A stretch of 64,000 bases of DNA, taken from Terriglobia bacterium. Its GTDB lineage: Bacteria > Acidobacteriota > Terriglobia > JAJPHL01 > JAPKYU01. This document shows, in pieces, positions 1 through 9,814 of this stretch (the stretch's first letter is position 1; each line of letters starts with the position of its first letter). Where the stretch lies: assembly GCA_965206645.1 (NCBI GenBank), contig CBDBKE010000004.1, positions 2,156,642 to 2,220,641 on the forward strand, written 5' to 3'. The notes beneath the pieces are model-generated. The model was given only the letters and a program-made list of their open reading frames with translations, did not search any database and had not been told where the DNA came from. The translations under genes and the position numbers were made by a program.

Positions 1-210
1 AACGTCCACGCCGGCGACTGCTCCCTCTTCGCACAATACGACGGTGCAGCCGGTGGGACGCCGGTTGTGAGTAAAGTGGCCCACCTTCATGCCTTGGACA
101 TCGGTGAGCGAGCCGTTGGGTTCCCAGCCCTCCAGGTCCTGCCCCGTCGCGCAATCACTGGAAACCGGCATGCCCAAGAGCGGCACCGCTAGGAATCCCC
201 GTCGTTTCAC
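1..210 (-). CDS. P1 family (S58/DmpA-like) peptidase, 5' part only, with a twin-arginine-like N-terminus
   Basis: My translation from the GTG at 210, with AGGAG upstream: MKRRGFLAVP...NGSLTDVQGMKVGHFTHNRRPTGCTVVLCEEGAVAGVDV. The LTDV.G..VGH and TGCTV motifs are typical of S58 peptidases. The gene runs off the window start and is not in the ORF track. Confidence 0.8.
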   Translation of the reverse strand, partial: MKRRGFLAVPLLGMPVSSDCATGQDLEGWEPNGSLTDVQGMKVGHFTHNRRPTGCTVVLCEEGAVAGVDV

Positions 211-389
211 CTCGTCTCCTGTTTTCCTCTCCTTCTTTTTGTCGCACGCTTACTCTCTCCCACTATCATAGCCCTCCGCTAAGGAGGATTTTGCTGCCGA
301 TCGGACAAGGTGGCCACCCAGCACAATCTAGGAAACTGCGGCGTCTCGTCGCTCCTGGTGGTGTATTATGAAATGAGGAAGTGGTATTG

Positions 390-1385
390 ATGCCTGATGA
401 ACAATTGAAGATCGCGGTATTTGTTGATTTCGACAACGTCCAGATTGGAGTGCGCGACACCCTGAAGCAGGAGTTCGACGTTGCCGCCGTGCTGGAGGCC
501 CTCAAGGAACGAGGCGAGGTGGTCAGCAAGATCGCCTACGGCGACTGGAAGCGCCACGGAAACGCCAGCCGCAAGATGAGCGAGCAGGCGGTGCAGATGG
601 TACAGCGGGACCCCACGCCACGCGGCGACAAGAACGGGGCCGACATCAACCTGGCCCTGGACGCGCTGGAAATGGCTTTTACTCGGCCCCACATCAACGC
701 CTACGCGATTGTCGGCGGCGACAGCGACTTCGTCGCCTTGGTGGAGAAGCTGAAGCAATATAACAAGGCGGTGTTCGTGGTTGGGGGGCGGGGTTTTACC
801 AGCTCCATCCTGCAGAGAAACTGCCGGGAGTTCCTCAGCTTCGAGAACCTGGTGCATCAGCCCGCGCCGTCGCGCCGAGCTTCGGTTCCCCGGCAGCCAA
901 CGCGCCGCGGTGTGTCGCTCCCGCTCGAAAACGCGCGGCCGCTACTGGAGCGGGCCCTCAACGTGCTGGCTGAACGAGAGCACCGGCCGTTGCTGGGTCT
1001 GGTCAAGAGCACCATGTTGCAGCTCGATTCCACTTTCAGCGAGCGCGACTACGCGTCCGGCTCCTTCCTGGACCTCATGCAGAAGATGGCTCAGGCCGGT
1101 TTCGTGCAACTGGACCGGGTGGACTCAAATTACACGGTGAAGCTGCCAGAACGGATAATCTCCCCACTGCCGGCGCCCTTGCTCCAACCGGAGCCGCCTG
1201 AAGCGGCAGCGCCCACTGACGGTGGAGCCACTTCCGCAGGCGATGCCCGCACAGCGGCAGCGGATCAAGAGCCCCCTGCCATCACCAAAGCAGCTCCTGC
1301 CCGAAGTGCGGGCGGCCGCCGCCGCCGACGTTCGTCGGGCGCGCGCCGGCGACCTTCTGCTGCCCCTAGCGACCAGCCCCAGTGA
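390..1385 (+). CDS. NYN domain (LabA/DUF88) protein with OST-HTH/LOTUS domain
   Basis: Motifs IAVFVDFDNV, KNGADINLALDA and GGDSDF; C-terminal LGLVKSTMLQLDSTFSERDY..GSFLDL; low-complexity tail. Confidence 0.88.
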   Translation: MPDEQLKIAVFVDFDNVQIGVRDTLKQEFDVAAVLEALKERGEVVSKIAYGDWKRHGNASRKMSEQAVQMVQRDPTPRGDKNGADINLALDALEMAFTRPHINAYAIVGGDSDFVALVEKLKQYNKAVFVVGGRGFTSSILQRNCREFLSFENLVHQPAPSRRASVPRQPTRRGVSLPLENARPLLERALNVLAEREHRPLLGLVKSTMLQLDSTFSERDYASGSFLDLMQKMAQAGFVQLDRVDSNYTVKLPERIISPLPAPLLQPEPPEAAAPTDGGATSAGDARTAAADQEPPAITKAAPARSAGGRRRRRSSGARRRPSAAPSDQPQ

Positions 1386-1422
1386 GCCACGCCAAGCTCG
1401 GCTGAGCTATCGTGAGCGTTGC

Positions 1423-1977
1423 CTATTGCTGCGTCTCCGGCTTTACCGGAAATTGTTGGTTATAGACTGCAAGGATCTCGGTGGTGAGATCCACACCAGG
1501 CCCGGCATACATGGTTCCCGCGGTGGCGGCGTCAAAAATCGCGGTGTATTGCTTTTCCTTCCCGTACCTGTTCACGACCTCCAGCAACCGCCCTCGCAAG
1601 CGTCCCAGGCCCTCCTCGCGCGCCGCGTTCAGATCGTAGTTGAGGTCTTCATTGAGGCGCTCTGCCTCTTTCTGCTTCCGCTGGATTTCCAGGGCGCGCT
1701 GCTGCCGCTCCGCGCCGGAAACCGCGGGCTGCCTCTGCTGGAATTCCGATTGCAGTTTGTTCATCTCGGCGGCCAGATCTTGTATCTTCTTTTGCCGCGG
1801 CCCGAACTTGCGCTCCATCTCGGCCTGGAATGCTTTGCCTTCCTCACATTCAGCCATGACGCGGGTGCTCTCAACCACGCCCAGCTTGCCACTCACCGCC
1901 GGTGCCGGAGCCGGGGCCTGACCCACCGCCAGCCAAGTCACCAGCAGCAACATCATCATTAGCGGCACTGCTCTCAT
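1423..1977 (-). CDS. skp: OmpH/Skp family periplasmic chaperone
   Basis: Signal peptide, then KLGVV and a long coiled coil ending in DLTTEIL. GGAGGAG RBS before the ATG at 1977. Confidence 0.8.
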   Translation of the reverse strand: MRAVPLMMMLLLVTWLAVGQAPAPAPAVSGKLGVVESTRVMAECEEGKAFQAEMERKFGPRQKKIQDLAAEMNKLQSEFQQRQPAVSGAERQQRALEIQRKQKEAERLNEDLNYDLNAAREEGLGRLRGRLLEVVNRYGKEKQYTAIFDAATAGTMYAGPGVDLTTEILAVYNQQFPVKPETQQ

Positions 1978-2159
1978 CAGCCTCTCCTCCGGCGCCGGAG
2001 CGCCTTGTAGGTTTTCTGTCTCTTCTACCATATAAGAACACAGCGGCTTCGGCCAAGAGGAACTACGGCCAAGAGGAACTCCGGTCTGCTGTGCTCTGTC
2101 AGAAAAAGGCAAAGGAGCAGTAGCGCATCACCAGGCTCCTGGCTTACCCTGGAACCTCT

Positions 2160-3062
2160 ATGGCGCCCCCGAAAATTCGCAAGGCGGTCTTTCCGGTGGC
2201 CGGCCTCGGAACGCGATTCCTGCCAGCCACAAAAGCGCAGCCCAAAGAGATGTTGCCGCTGGTGGACAAACCCATCATTCAATATGTGGTCGAGGAAGCG
2301 TACCACTCGGGCCTGGACACCATGATCCTGGTGACCGGGCGTGGCAAGACTGCCATCGAGGACCACTTCGACGTCTCCTACGAACTGGAGAAAATTCTGG
2401 AGGAACGGGGAAAGCTCGACCTGCTGGCTCTGGTGCGCCAGATCTCCGACATGATCCACATCTCCTACGTGCGGCAGAAGGAGGCGCTGGGCCTGGGCCA
2501 CGCCGTCCTGATGGCCCGCGAGCTGGTGGGCCAGGAGCCGTTCGCCGTGCTGCTGGGCGACGACATCATCGACGCCTCGGTGCCCTGCCTGCGGCAGATG
2601 CTGGACGTCTACGACCGCTGCGGGGAATCCATTGTGGGGATTTACGAGGTGCCCGACGCGGCCATTTCCGCCTATGGGGTGATCGCAGGGGCCCCAGCGG
2701 CACAGGAAAGCAGCGACCGGCTTTATAACGACCGGCTTTATCAAGTCAGCGACCTGGTGGAAAAGCCGCTCCCAGACCGCACACCTTCCCATCTGGCCAT
2801 CATCGGCCGCTACATCCTGACCCCGGAAATCTTCGACGAACTGGAGAGAACGCGGCCGGGCAGCGGAGGGGAAATCCAGTTGACTGACGGCTTGCGCGGC
2901 CTGCTCCGCCGAGGCCGGAAAATTTACGGCTACCGCTTCGAAGGCCGCCGGTACGACGCCGGCGACAAGCTTGGCTTCCTGGTCGCCACTGTCGAGTTTG
3001 CTCTAAAGCGAGAGGGGCTGGGAGATGAGTTCCGCGAGTACCTGAAGGGATTGCGTCTCTAG
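2160..3062 (+). CDS. galU: UTP--glucose-1-phosphate uridylyltransferase
   Basis: KAVFPVAGLGTRFLPATKAQPKEMLP, VEKP and GEIQLTD motifs. Confidence 0.97.
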   Translation: MAPPKIRKAVFPVAGLGTRFLPATKAQPKEMLPLVDKPIIQYVVEEAYHSGLDTMILVTGRGKTAIEDHFDVSYELEKILEERGKLDLLALVRQISDMIHISYVRQKEALGLGHAVLMARELVGQEPFAVLLGDDIIDASVPCLRQMLDVYDRCGESIVGIYEVPDAAISAYGVIAGAPAAQESSDRLYNDRLYQVSDLVEKPLPDRTPSHLAIIGRYILTPEIFDELERTRPGSGGEIQLTDGLRGLLRRGRKIYGYRFEGRRYDAGDKLGFLVATVEFALKREGLGDEFREYLKGLRL

Positions 3063-3544
3063 ACACCGCGTTGGCGCCACCAGGCGCGGATGCGCGCCAG
3101 GTGGTCCGCCTCGTGCGTCCAGGCGAACTCCGGCAGCCAGGCGGGCACCGGATAGCGGTGGGAGGGGTCATCGAGCGCGGCGGGCGGCACGCGGAGTAAC
3201 GCCCGCACCAGGCTGGCGCGGACGCGCCCGACACGCCGCAAAAGCTCGGCCCAGGACCAGCGCCGGGCCCGCCGCACCACCCGGGCATTGAAGCGGTCGG
3301 CCTCCGCCATGTCGTCAAAGAAGTGGATGTGGTCGCCGCGGCCCCGCCGGATCAGTTCCAGCCGCCGGGCCCCTTCTTCCTCCCAAGCCACAATGTGCGC
3401 GAAGGTGTCCTTCACCGACCACTTCCCTTGAGTGCGTGGTTCCAGGATGGCGCGCTCTGGAAGGCGCTGGAAAAACCGCAGGCTGGCGGCTCGCGAGCGC
3501 TCCATGCGCCGGACTGCCTGCCGACGCCAAGCGACAAGCCGCAC
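3059..3544 (-). CDS. DinB-like / ClbS-DfsB four-helix bundle protein
   Basis: WSVKDTFAHIVAWE and HEADH motifs; coupled to the rnhB stop. Confidence 0.7.
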   Translation of the reverse strand: MRLVAWRRQAVRRMERSRAASLRFFQRLPERAILEPRTQGKWSVKDTFAHIVAWEEEGARRLELIRRGRGDHIHFFDDMAEADRFNARVVRRARRWSWAELLRRVGRVRASLVRALLRVPPAALDDPSHRYPVPAWLPEFAWTHEADHLARIRAWWRQRGV

Positions 3545-4212
3545 TACTCTTCCTCCGCGAACAGCGGCGGATTTCGCTTCTGTGGTGCTTGCCGGACGGG
3601 GAAGGGAGAAGCGGCTGCCACCGGAGCGTACGTTTTGCGATGCAGCGGAGTGGGGCCGAATTGCGCCAACGACCGGAGGTGTTGCGGCGTGGTGTAGCCC
3701 TTATTGCGCCCCAAGTGGTACTGGGGATACACGGCATCCCATTCTTGCATCAACTGGTCGCGGTGCACCTTGGCCACAATGGAGGCAGCGGCGATGGAAA
3801 CGCTTCGGGCATCGCCGTGAATGAGGGCGCGCTGGGACAGGTCCCAGGGAAGGTCGAGCCGCAGAGCATCCACTAACACCAAGGCGGGGCGAGGCTCAAG
3901 ACCGAGCACCGCCTCACGCATAGCGAGCTGGGAGGCCCGGTAGATGTTGATGAGATCAATGCGGGCTGCGTCCACGGCGGCCACCACCCAGGCGATGGCC
4001 TGCTGCCGGATGCTCGCCGCCAGCCGCTCGCGCACCTCAGGGTCCAGTTGCTTGCTGTCGTTGATACCGCGGATGCGGCGGGCGGGGTCTAAGATAACAG
4101 CCGCCGCCACCACCGGGCCGAACAAGGCGCCACGCCCCACTTCATCTACCCCGGCCACGTAGCGGTGGCCGGCGGCATAGGCCCGGTTCTCCAGGCGCCA
4201 AGTGCAACCCAT
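3544..4212 (-). CDS. rnhB: Ribonuclease HII
   Basis: AGVDEVGRG, DSKQL, SIAAASIVAKV.RD and NKGY motifs. Confidence 0.96.
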   Translation of the reverse strand: MGCTWRLENRAYAAGHRYVAGVDEVGRGALFGPVVAAAVILDPARRIRGINDSKQLDPEVRERLAASIRQQAIAWVVAAVDAARIDLINIYRASQLAMREAVLGLEPRPALVLVDALRLDLPWDLSQRALIHGDARSVSIAAASIVAKVHRDQLMQEWDAVYPQYHLGRNKGYTTPQHLRSLAQFGPTPLHRKTYAPVAAASPFPVRQAPQKRNPPLFAEEE

Positions 4213-4314
4213 GGAAGTGGGACCAAGGCCATGCTAGTGCCGTCCGAACAATTCCACAAGAAAATCTCTGTGGCGAGGTCACTGATCTGGTGGGACAGCA
4301 CTGGACCGGCGATC

Positions 4315-4656
4315 TTATCCCCGTTCGCGGATGCGAGCGGCTTTGCCGCGCCGGCCGCGCAGGTAGTACAGCTTGGCCCGCCGCACCCGGCCACGGCGCA
4401 GCACTTCGATGCGGTCAATCACCTTGGAGTGCACCGGGAAGATACGCTCGACACCTTGGCCAAAGCTGATCTTGCGGACCGTGAAGGATTTCCCCATTCC
4501 CCGGTTCTTACGGGCAATCACGACGCCCTCGAATGCCTGCAGCCGCTCCTTGTCGCCTTCCTTGATCCTCACGTGCACCCGGACAGTGTCACCTGACCGA
4601 AACTCCGGCTGGTCGGCGCGGATGTACTGTTGCGCGATCTTGTCAACGGGATTCAT
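4315..4656 (-). CDS. rplS: 50S ribosomal protein L19
   Basis: [26 protein letters not shown] and [10 protein letters not shown]. Confidence 0.98.
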   Translation of the reverse strand: MNPVDKIAQQYIRADQPEFRSGDTVRVHVRIKEGDKERLQAFEGVVIARKNRGMGKSFTVRKISFGQGVERIFPVHSKVIDRIEVLRRGRVRRAKLYYLRGRRGKAARIRERG

Positions 4657-5428
4657 GTTGCTTCCTCTCCTGCTGAATTTCCGACAGCAACTGGCGGTCC
4701 TCCCCGCTGAGGTTCACTAGCTCCAGGATTTCCGGGCGGTTGCGGACTGTCTTTTCCAGCGCCTTCTTGCGCCGCCACCGGCGCACTTGCTCGTGGTGCC
4801 CCGAGAGCAACGCCTCGGGCGCTCGCAGGCCGCGAAATTCGGCCGGCCTCGTATAGTGGGGCCAGTCGAGGATCCCGCCGACGGTTGCGGAGCCTTCGGC
4901 GAAGGCGAACGATTCGCGCACCGCTGAAAGCTCGTCTCCCAAGGCTCCGGGCAGCAACCGAGTGACGCAGTCCACCACGATGGCCGCTGGCAGCTCCCCA
5001 CCGCTCAGCACGTAGTTGCCGATGCACAACTCTTCGTCGGCCAGATGCTCGGCCACCCGCTCATCCACGCCCTCATAGCGGCCGCAGATCAGCAGAAGGC
5101 GCTCGCAGGTGGCCAACTGCGCGGCCCGCCGCTGGGTCAGCAAGCGCCCCTGCGCCGATAGCAGAATGATGCTCTGCTTCGGGTCAGAGCCGCGGTCGGC
5201 GCCCCACAGGGCTTCAACCGCAGCGAAGATGGGCTCCGGCTTCAGTACCATGCCCTCGCCCCCGCCAAACGGCCGGTCGTCCACCACCTGGTGGCGCTCG
5301 GTGGTAAAGTCGCGCAGGTTGTGCACTCGAACCTCAAGCAAGCCGGCTTCGCGGGCTCGGCGCAGAATGCCGTGTTCCAAAGGCCCGGCAAAGAATCCGG
5401 GAAAAATCGTCAAGATGTCGAAGATCAT
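4643..5428 (-). CDS. trmD: tRNA (guanine37-N1)-methyltransferase
   Basis: [28 protein letters not shown] and HYTRP motifs. Confidence 0.98.
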   Translation of the reverse strand: MIFDILTIFPGFFAGPLEHGILRRAREAGLLEVRVHNLRDFTTERHQVVDDRPFGGGEGMVLKPEPIFAAVEALWGADRGSDPKQSIILLSAQGRLLTQRRAAQLATCERLLLICGRYEGVDERVAEHLADEELCIGNYVLSGGELPAAIVVDCVTRLLPGALGDELSAVRESFAFAEGSATVGGILDWPHYTRPAEFRGLRAPEALLSGHHEQVRRWRRKKALEKTVRNRPEILELVNLSGEDRQLLSEIQQERKQHESR

Positions 5429-5449
5429 CAGCTTATGATGGCTTCCTCG

Positions 5450-5558
5450 GTAGTTAATTGATTGGTGATTGTTTCATTGACGATTGGTTGATTCGACGAT
5501 CGAGTGATTCCAGCCAGCGCTTCAAATCGTCACTGTCCAATCTTCAATGATTCAATCC
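5450..5558. repeat. Degenerate 7-8 nt tandem repeat (GATTGGT/GATTCGAC-like) with an inverted arm, intergenic
   Basis: AT-rich run attgattggtgattgtttcattgacgattggttgattcgacgatcg, followed by the complementary-type run aatcgtc...caatcttcaatgattcaatc. Confidence 0.5.
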
Positions 5559-6116
5559 TTACTGATTCAGTCCCAACAATCCGTCGGGCAACTCCACCTC
5601 AATGACCCGGCCGGCCAGATCAATTCGCCTGCAAATTTCCTCGGCGAAGGGGACCAGCAATTCCCCCTCAGGTGTATCCACCACCAGCACGGGGGTGCCT
5701 GGTGTGGGGTCCAGCCAGCGCACCACGCCTAGCTCGCGCCCGCCTTCCACCACCCGGCACCCGGGCAGGTCCGACCAGTACACAGCAGAGCCTTCCAATG
5801 GGCGGCGGTGGGCGGCCGGGATGCAGACTTCGTAGCCGGCCAGCTTTTTGGCCGCCCCCAGATCGTCCACTCCTGCGAATTTCAGGATCACCGCGCCCTT
5901 GTGAAGCCAGAACCCCTCCAGACGCGCGGGACGGTGGCGGCCGTCGGAGCCCACCAGCCAAACCGGCTCGGCCCCGGCAAAGCGCTGGGGGAAATCGGTG
6001 AGCAGCTCGGCAGCCACTTCGCCCCGGCGTCCCTGTGACCGCCGAATGCAGGCAATCGTCACGAACGGCTCGGCAGCTTCCGGGCCGGGCGTGTCTGCGG
6101 CGCTTGCCTCGGCCAC
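5559..6116 (-). CDS. rimM: Ribosome maturation factor RimM
   Basis: QGRRGEV, ILKFAGVDD and LLVPFAEEIC..IDL motifs; canonical rpsP-khpA-rimM-trmD synteny; GTG start inferred. Confidence 0.93.
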   Translation of the reverse strand: MAEASAADTPGPEAAEPFVTIACIRRSQGRRGEVAAELLTDFPQRFAGAEPVWLVGSDGRHRPARLEGFWLHKGAVILKFAGVDDLGAAKKLAGYEVCIPAAHRRPLEGSAVYWSDLPGCRVVEGGRELGVVRWLDPTPGTPVLVVDTPEGELLVPFAEEICRRIDLAGRVIEVELPDGLLGLNQ

Positions 6117-6123
6117 GCTTGGC

Positions 6124-6354
6124 TCACTCCAGGATTTCCAGCGCAAAGCGCTTTTTCAATTTCATCCCGGCAGCGCTCAGGATCGTGCGCATGCTCCGGG
6201 CCGTACGTCCCTGCCGGCCGATCACTTTGCCCAGATCACCAGGGGCCACTTGCAATTCCAGCACCGTCGTCCGTTCCCCTTCGATCGCCTGCACCTGCAC
6301 CTCGTCCGGATGATCCACCAAGGCCCTCGCCATCTGCTCGACGAGTTCCTTCAT
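6124..6354 (-). CDS. khpA: KH domain RNA-binding protein (YlqC/KhpA)
   Basis: ALVDHPDEV and [17 protein letters not shown]; synteny. Confidence 0.95.
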   Translation of the reverse strand: MKELVEQMARALVDHPDEVQVQAIEGERTTVLELQVAPGDLGKVIGRQGRTARSMRTILSAAGMKLKKRFALEILE

Positions 6355-6541
6355 AACGTCTCCCGCTTCCCGTCCCGGCCAGCCGGGAACTCCCGGCCGC
6401 TGCTTTGAGCACCCGAAACCTGGGAATGCGAACCGGTGAAGAACCTTTGCGGCCCGGCTCTTGCCGGTCGGCCGAAAACGATTCGCTGTGTCTGGAAGCG
6501 GGCGGTCACCACGTTGAGCGGGTCCGCCGCGCGGGCCCAGT

Positions 6542-6808
6542 TCACGCGCCTAGCTCGGCGACCTGTTCCTCGGGCCCGGGCTGTTTCTCCAACAGATAAC
6601 GCACCCGTTCGGAGGGTTGCGCACCCTTATCCATCCAGTAGCGAACGCGGTCGGCGTTGAGCGCGACCGTCGCCGGGTCCGTCAGCGGGTTGTACTGGCC
6701 GACGACTTCCACGAATCTCCCGTTCCGGGCGCGCTCACGCTCGATCACTACTACCCGATAAATGGGCCTTTTCTTGGCGCCGAACCGGGCTAGGCGAATT
6801 CTCAGCAC
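6542..6808 (-). CDS. rpsP: 30S ribosomal protein S16
   Basis: [23 protein letters not shown] and GAQPS; AGGAGG RBS. Confidence 0.98.
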   Translation of the reverse strand: MLRIRLARFGAKKRPIYRVVVIERERARNGRFVEVVGQYNPLTDPATVALNADRVRYWMDKGAQPSERVRYLLEKQPGPEEQVAELGA

Positions 6809-6838
6809 CTGCTCACCTCCTTGCTTTGATTAGCCGCT

Positions 6839-8182
6839 TCACTGCAAGGCCGGGAGCTTCAGCCTCCCCAGCCGTTTTTGAAGCGGACCGCCGGAGAGCG
6901 ACCGCATCATTTTGCGAGCCTCCGCGTACTGTTTCAACAGCCGGTTGACCTCCTGTACCGTAGTGCCGCTGCCCCGTGCGATGCGGCGGCGCCGGTGGCC
7001 GTTGATGATCTGATGGTTGGCACGCTCCCGGAGGGTCATGGAGTTGATGATGGCCTCCAGGCGCACCAGTTGTTTTTCTTCCACCTTCACCTGCTGCAAC
7101 TGACGGAAGGGACCCACCTGCGGCAAATGCGACAGCACCTGCTCGAGCGGACCAAGCTTGCGCATCTGGCGGAGCTGCTCGCCGAAGTCCTCCAGTGTGA
7201 AGCTGGCCGTGCGCACTTTGCGCTCCAGCTCCAGGGCCTGCTTTTGGTCCAGCGTCTGCTCAACCTTCTCAATCAGCGACAGCACGTCGCCCATGCCTAG
7301 GATGCGCGACGCCACCCGTTCGGGCTGGAACAGCTCCAGTGCGTCGTACTTCTCGCCGACCCCGACGAACTTCAGCGGCTGGCCGGTCACGGCTCGAATG
7401 GAAAGAGCCGCGCCGCCGCGGGCGTCCCCGTCCATTTTGGTCAGGATGACGCCGGTCAAGCCTAGCCGGCGGTGGAACTGGTCGGCGCTTGTGACCGCGT
7501 CCTGGCCGGTCATGGCGTCGGCAACGAACAGCACCTCGGCGGGCTCCAGACGCTGCCTGAGCTGCTGCATCTCCTGCATCAGTTCGTCGTCAATGTGCAG
7601 GCGCCCGGCGGTGTCCACGATCAGCACATCGCGGCCGCTGTGGGCGGCCTCGCGGCGTGCCAGGCGCGCCAGCTCCAGCGGCGATGCCTCCTCAGCCGGG
7701 CCATCGAACACCGGCAGCTCCACGGCCTCACCGATCACCCGTAACTGCTCGCGAGCCGCCGGCCGGTAGACGTCCACCGAGACCAGCAGGGGCCGGTGCC
7801 CGTGCTGGAACAACCACCGGGCCAGCTTGCCCGCGGTGGTCGTCTTGCCCGAGCCCTGCAAGCCGGCCAGCAAGATCACCGTGGGGGGCTGCGAGGCGAA
7901 CCGCAGCGGGGCCGCCTGGCCTCCCAACGTCTCCACCAGCTCGTCGCGGACAATCTTGACCACCTGCTGCGCTGGCGTCAGGCTGGTCAACACTTCCTGG
8001 CCGAGGGCTTTCTCCCGGATGCGATCAATGAGCTGCTTGGCCACCTTGTAGTGGACATCGGCCTCCAGTAGCGCCATCCGGATTTCCCGCAGCGCGTCCT
8101 GAATGTTGGCTTCGGTCAACTTCCCCTCGCCGCGCAGGGTCTTGAAGACGCGTTGCAGTTTTTCGGTCAGGTTCTCAAACAT
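6839..8182 (-). CDS. ffh: Signal recognition particle protein
   Basis: ALLEADV, GLQGSGKTT, DTAGR, TKMDGDARGG and an M domain. Confidence 0.98.
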   Translation of the reverse strand: MFENLTEKLQRVFKTLRGEGKLTEANIQDALREIRMALLEADVHYKVAKQLIDRIREKALGQEVLTSLTPAQQVVKIVRDELVETLGGQAAPLRFASQPPTVILLAGLQGSGKTTTAGKLARWLFQHGHRPLLVSVDVYRPAAREQLRVIGEAVELPVFDGPAEEASPLELARLARREAAHSGRDVLIVDTAGRLHIDDELMQEMQQLRQRLEPAEVLFVADAMTGQDAVTSADQFHRRLGLTGVILTKMDGDARGGAALSIRAVTGQPLKFVGVGEKYDALELFQPERVASRILGMGDVLSLIEKVEQTLDQKQALELERKVRTASFTLEDFGEQLRQMRKLGPLEQVLSHLPQVGPFRQLQQVKVEEKQLVRLEAIINSMTLRERANHQIINGHRRRRIARGSGTTVQEVNRLLKQYAEARKMMRSLSGGPLQKRLGRLKLPALQ

Positions 8183-8437
8183 GAATGCGAGTCCTTCGCC
8201 TGGTCAGGGGACTCAAGCCCTCGGGACACACCTCCCCTCGGCAGCCAAACGACCCATTCTATCATGCGATAGCAGAACCGGGCACGCGCAGCAGAACCGG
8301 GGAAACGCGAGGCCGGGGGGTTGTCATCTAACTCGCGTGGTTCGCGATAGAGGGCACTACTGCACGCCGAGGGTGACGGTGTTGTCCGGCACAGCGTTGT
8401 TGCTGATTTCCGGGTCGCGGGTCAACCGGGGGACTAA

Positions 8438-9649
8438 CTAAGTCGGTGGGGACAAAAACACCGGGACCTCGACGGTGTTGCTCGGTACACCGTTGTTGAT
8501 GATTTCTAGATTAGTCGGCGGGGTTACACCCTCCGGCTGCTCAGTCGGCGGGGTTATTCCCGGGGGTACCTCGACGTTCACTTGGTACAGGCCCACGAAT
8601 CCTGGGGCCAAGCCGGAGAAGACTACCTCAGCGGGAATGCCGCCGATGTTCACCATCGGCAGGCTAACGGTTAGTGCCAGTCCCGCCGTAGGGTTGTCTA
8701 CGGTAGGGTTGTCTACGCCGGGGGCAACATTGCCGGATGGCACTTCCGGCAGCACCGGACCGAGCCCCGTGCAAAAGATCAGCAGGAACTCGCCCGGCTG
8801 TGCCGGGTTGCTCTCGGTGACGGGCTGGAAATCTGCCGCGTGGAGGATCGCCCCGAGGCCGGTGCCCTGCTGGTTCTGCGTAAAAATGCCCGACGATACG
8901 GCCGCAATCGCGACCGGCTGCGCCGTGCTGGTTTCACCGCCCCGCGTCACCTGCACCGTGATCAAACCCGCTCCGGCCACCAGCTCAAACGGGACCTGCG
9001 CATTGATCTGCGTGCCAGAGACGAAAAACAGCGGGGCCGCAATGCCGTTGAAGGTCACGCTGGCCTCTCCCAGCATGGTGGGTAGAGGCACCTCCGACGC
9101 TATCTGGGTGTCGCTGGCCAGGTCCGTCCCAAAGATGGCCACGATTGCACCGGGAGCGATAAAGGATTTGGGCTCCGTCCCCGGCCGGAAGCTGGCACCG
9201 TTGACCACCGAGTCGGGCGGCAGGATCGGAGGAGTCGTCGACTCGCACAATGTAACCGCGACCGAAATAAAAAACGTCTCGCCGCTGTCGCCAGTGCCGA
9301 TGACGCGTGCCTCACTGACCCCAGGCCCCGGCAAGAGCCCGTAAATAATTGTCACGGTGAAAAACGCCTCCCCCGGCAAAAACGTCGCTGAGGGGGGAAC
9401 ACTGAGCCAGCCTGTTCCGTTCATGAAATCGACCGAGAGAGTAAACAGGACGCTTCCCAGTCTTTCGCAGGCCTCGGTTGTCTCGTCCACCATCACAACA
9501 TGCTGTGAGGGCGCAGCTCCCGAGCTGGCCGAAACAGCCAGGACCCGTGGAGACACGCACATGCTAAGGTCTTGCCCGAACGCAGGTCTCGCAAAGATCA
9601 ATGTCAGACAGCAGAACCCCCAAAATACCAACCGCCGAATGGACATCAT
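8438..9649 (-). CDS. Secreted protein with TIGR03437-type (Solibacter C-terminal) domain
   Basis: Signal peptide; VVNGASF, APGAIVAIFG, APLFFVS..QINAQVP, NPAQPGE...IFCTGLG and GLAPGFVGLYQVN motifs. Confidence 0.85.
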   Translation of the reverse strand: MMSIRRLVFWGFCCLTLIFARPAFGQDLSMCVSPRVLAVSASSGAAPSQHVVMVDETTEACERLGSVLFTLSVDFMNGTGWLSVPPSATFLPGEAFFTVTIIYGLLPGPGVSEARVIGTGDSGETFFISVAVTLCESTTPPILPPDSVVNGASFRPGTEPKSFIAPGAIVAIFGTDLASDTQIASEVPLPTMLGEASVTFNGIAAPLFFVSGTQINAQVPFELVAGAGLITVQVTRGGETSTAQPVAIAAVSSGIFTQNQQGTGLGAILHAADFQPVTESNPAQPGEFLLIFCTGLGPVLPEVPSGNVAPGVDNPTVDNPTAGLALTVSLPMVNIGGIPAEVVFSGLAPGFVGLYQVNVEVPPGITPPTEQPEGVTPPTNLEIINNGVPSNTVEVPVFLSPPT

Positions 9650-9814
9650 ATTCTCCGCCTGAGTCCCAACACGTTTCCCAGCACCCTTTCGCTTACCTTC
9701 TGCCGCTGGAAGAGTGTGCTTGCCGTGTCCGGGGTAGCCTTGGCGGGGCCGCCACGTCAGGATTTACCTCAACAGAAGAAGATGAAGGTGTGGGCGCAGC
9801 AGCGCTTGCGCCCT

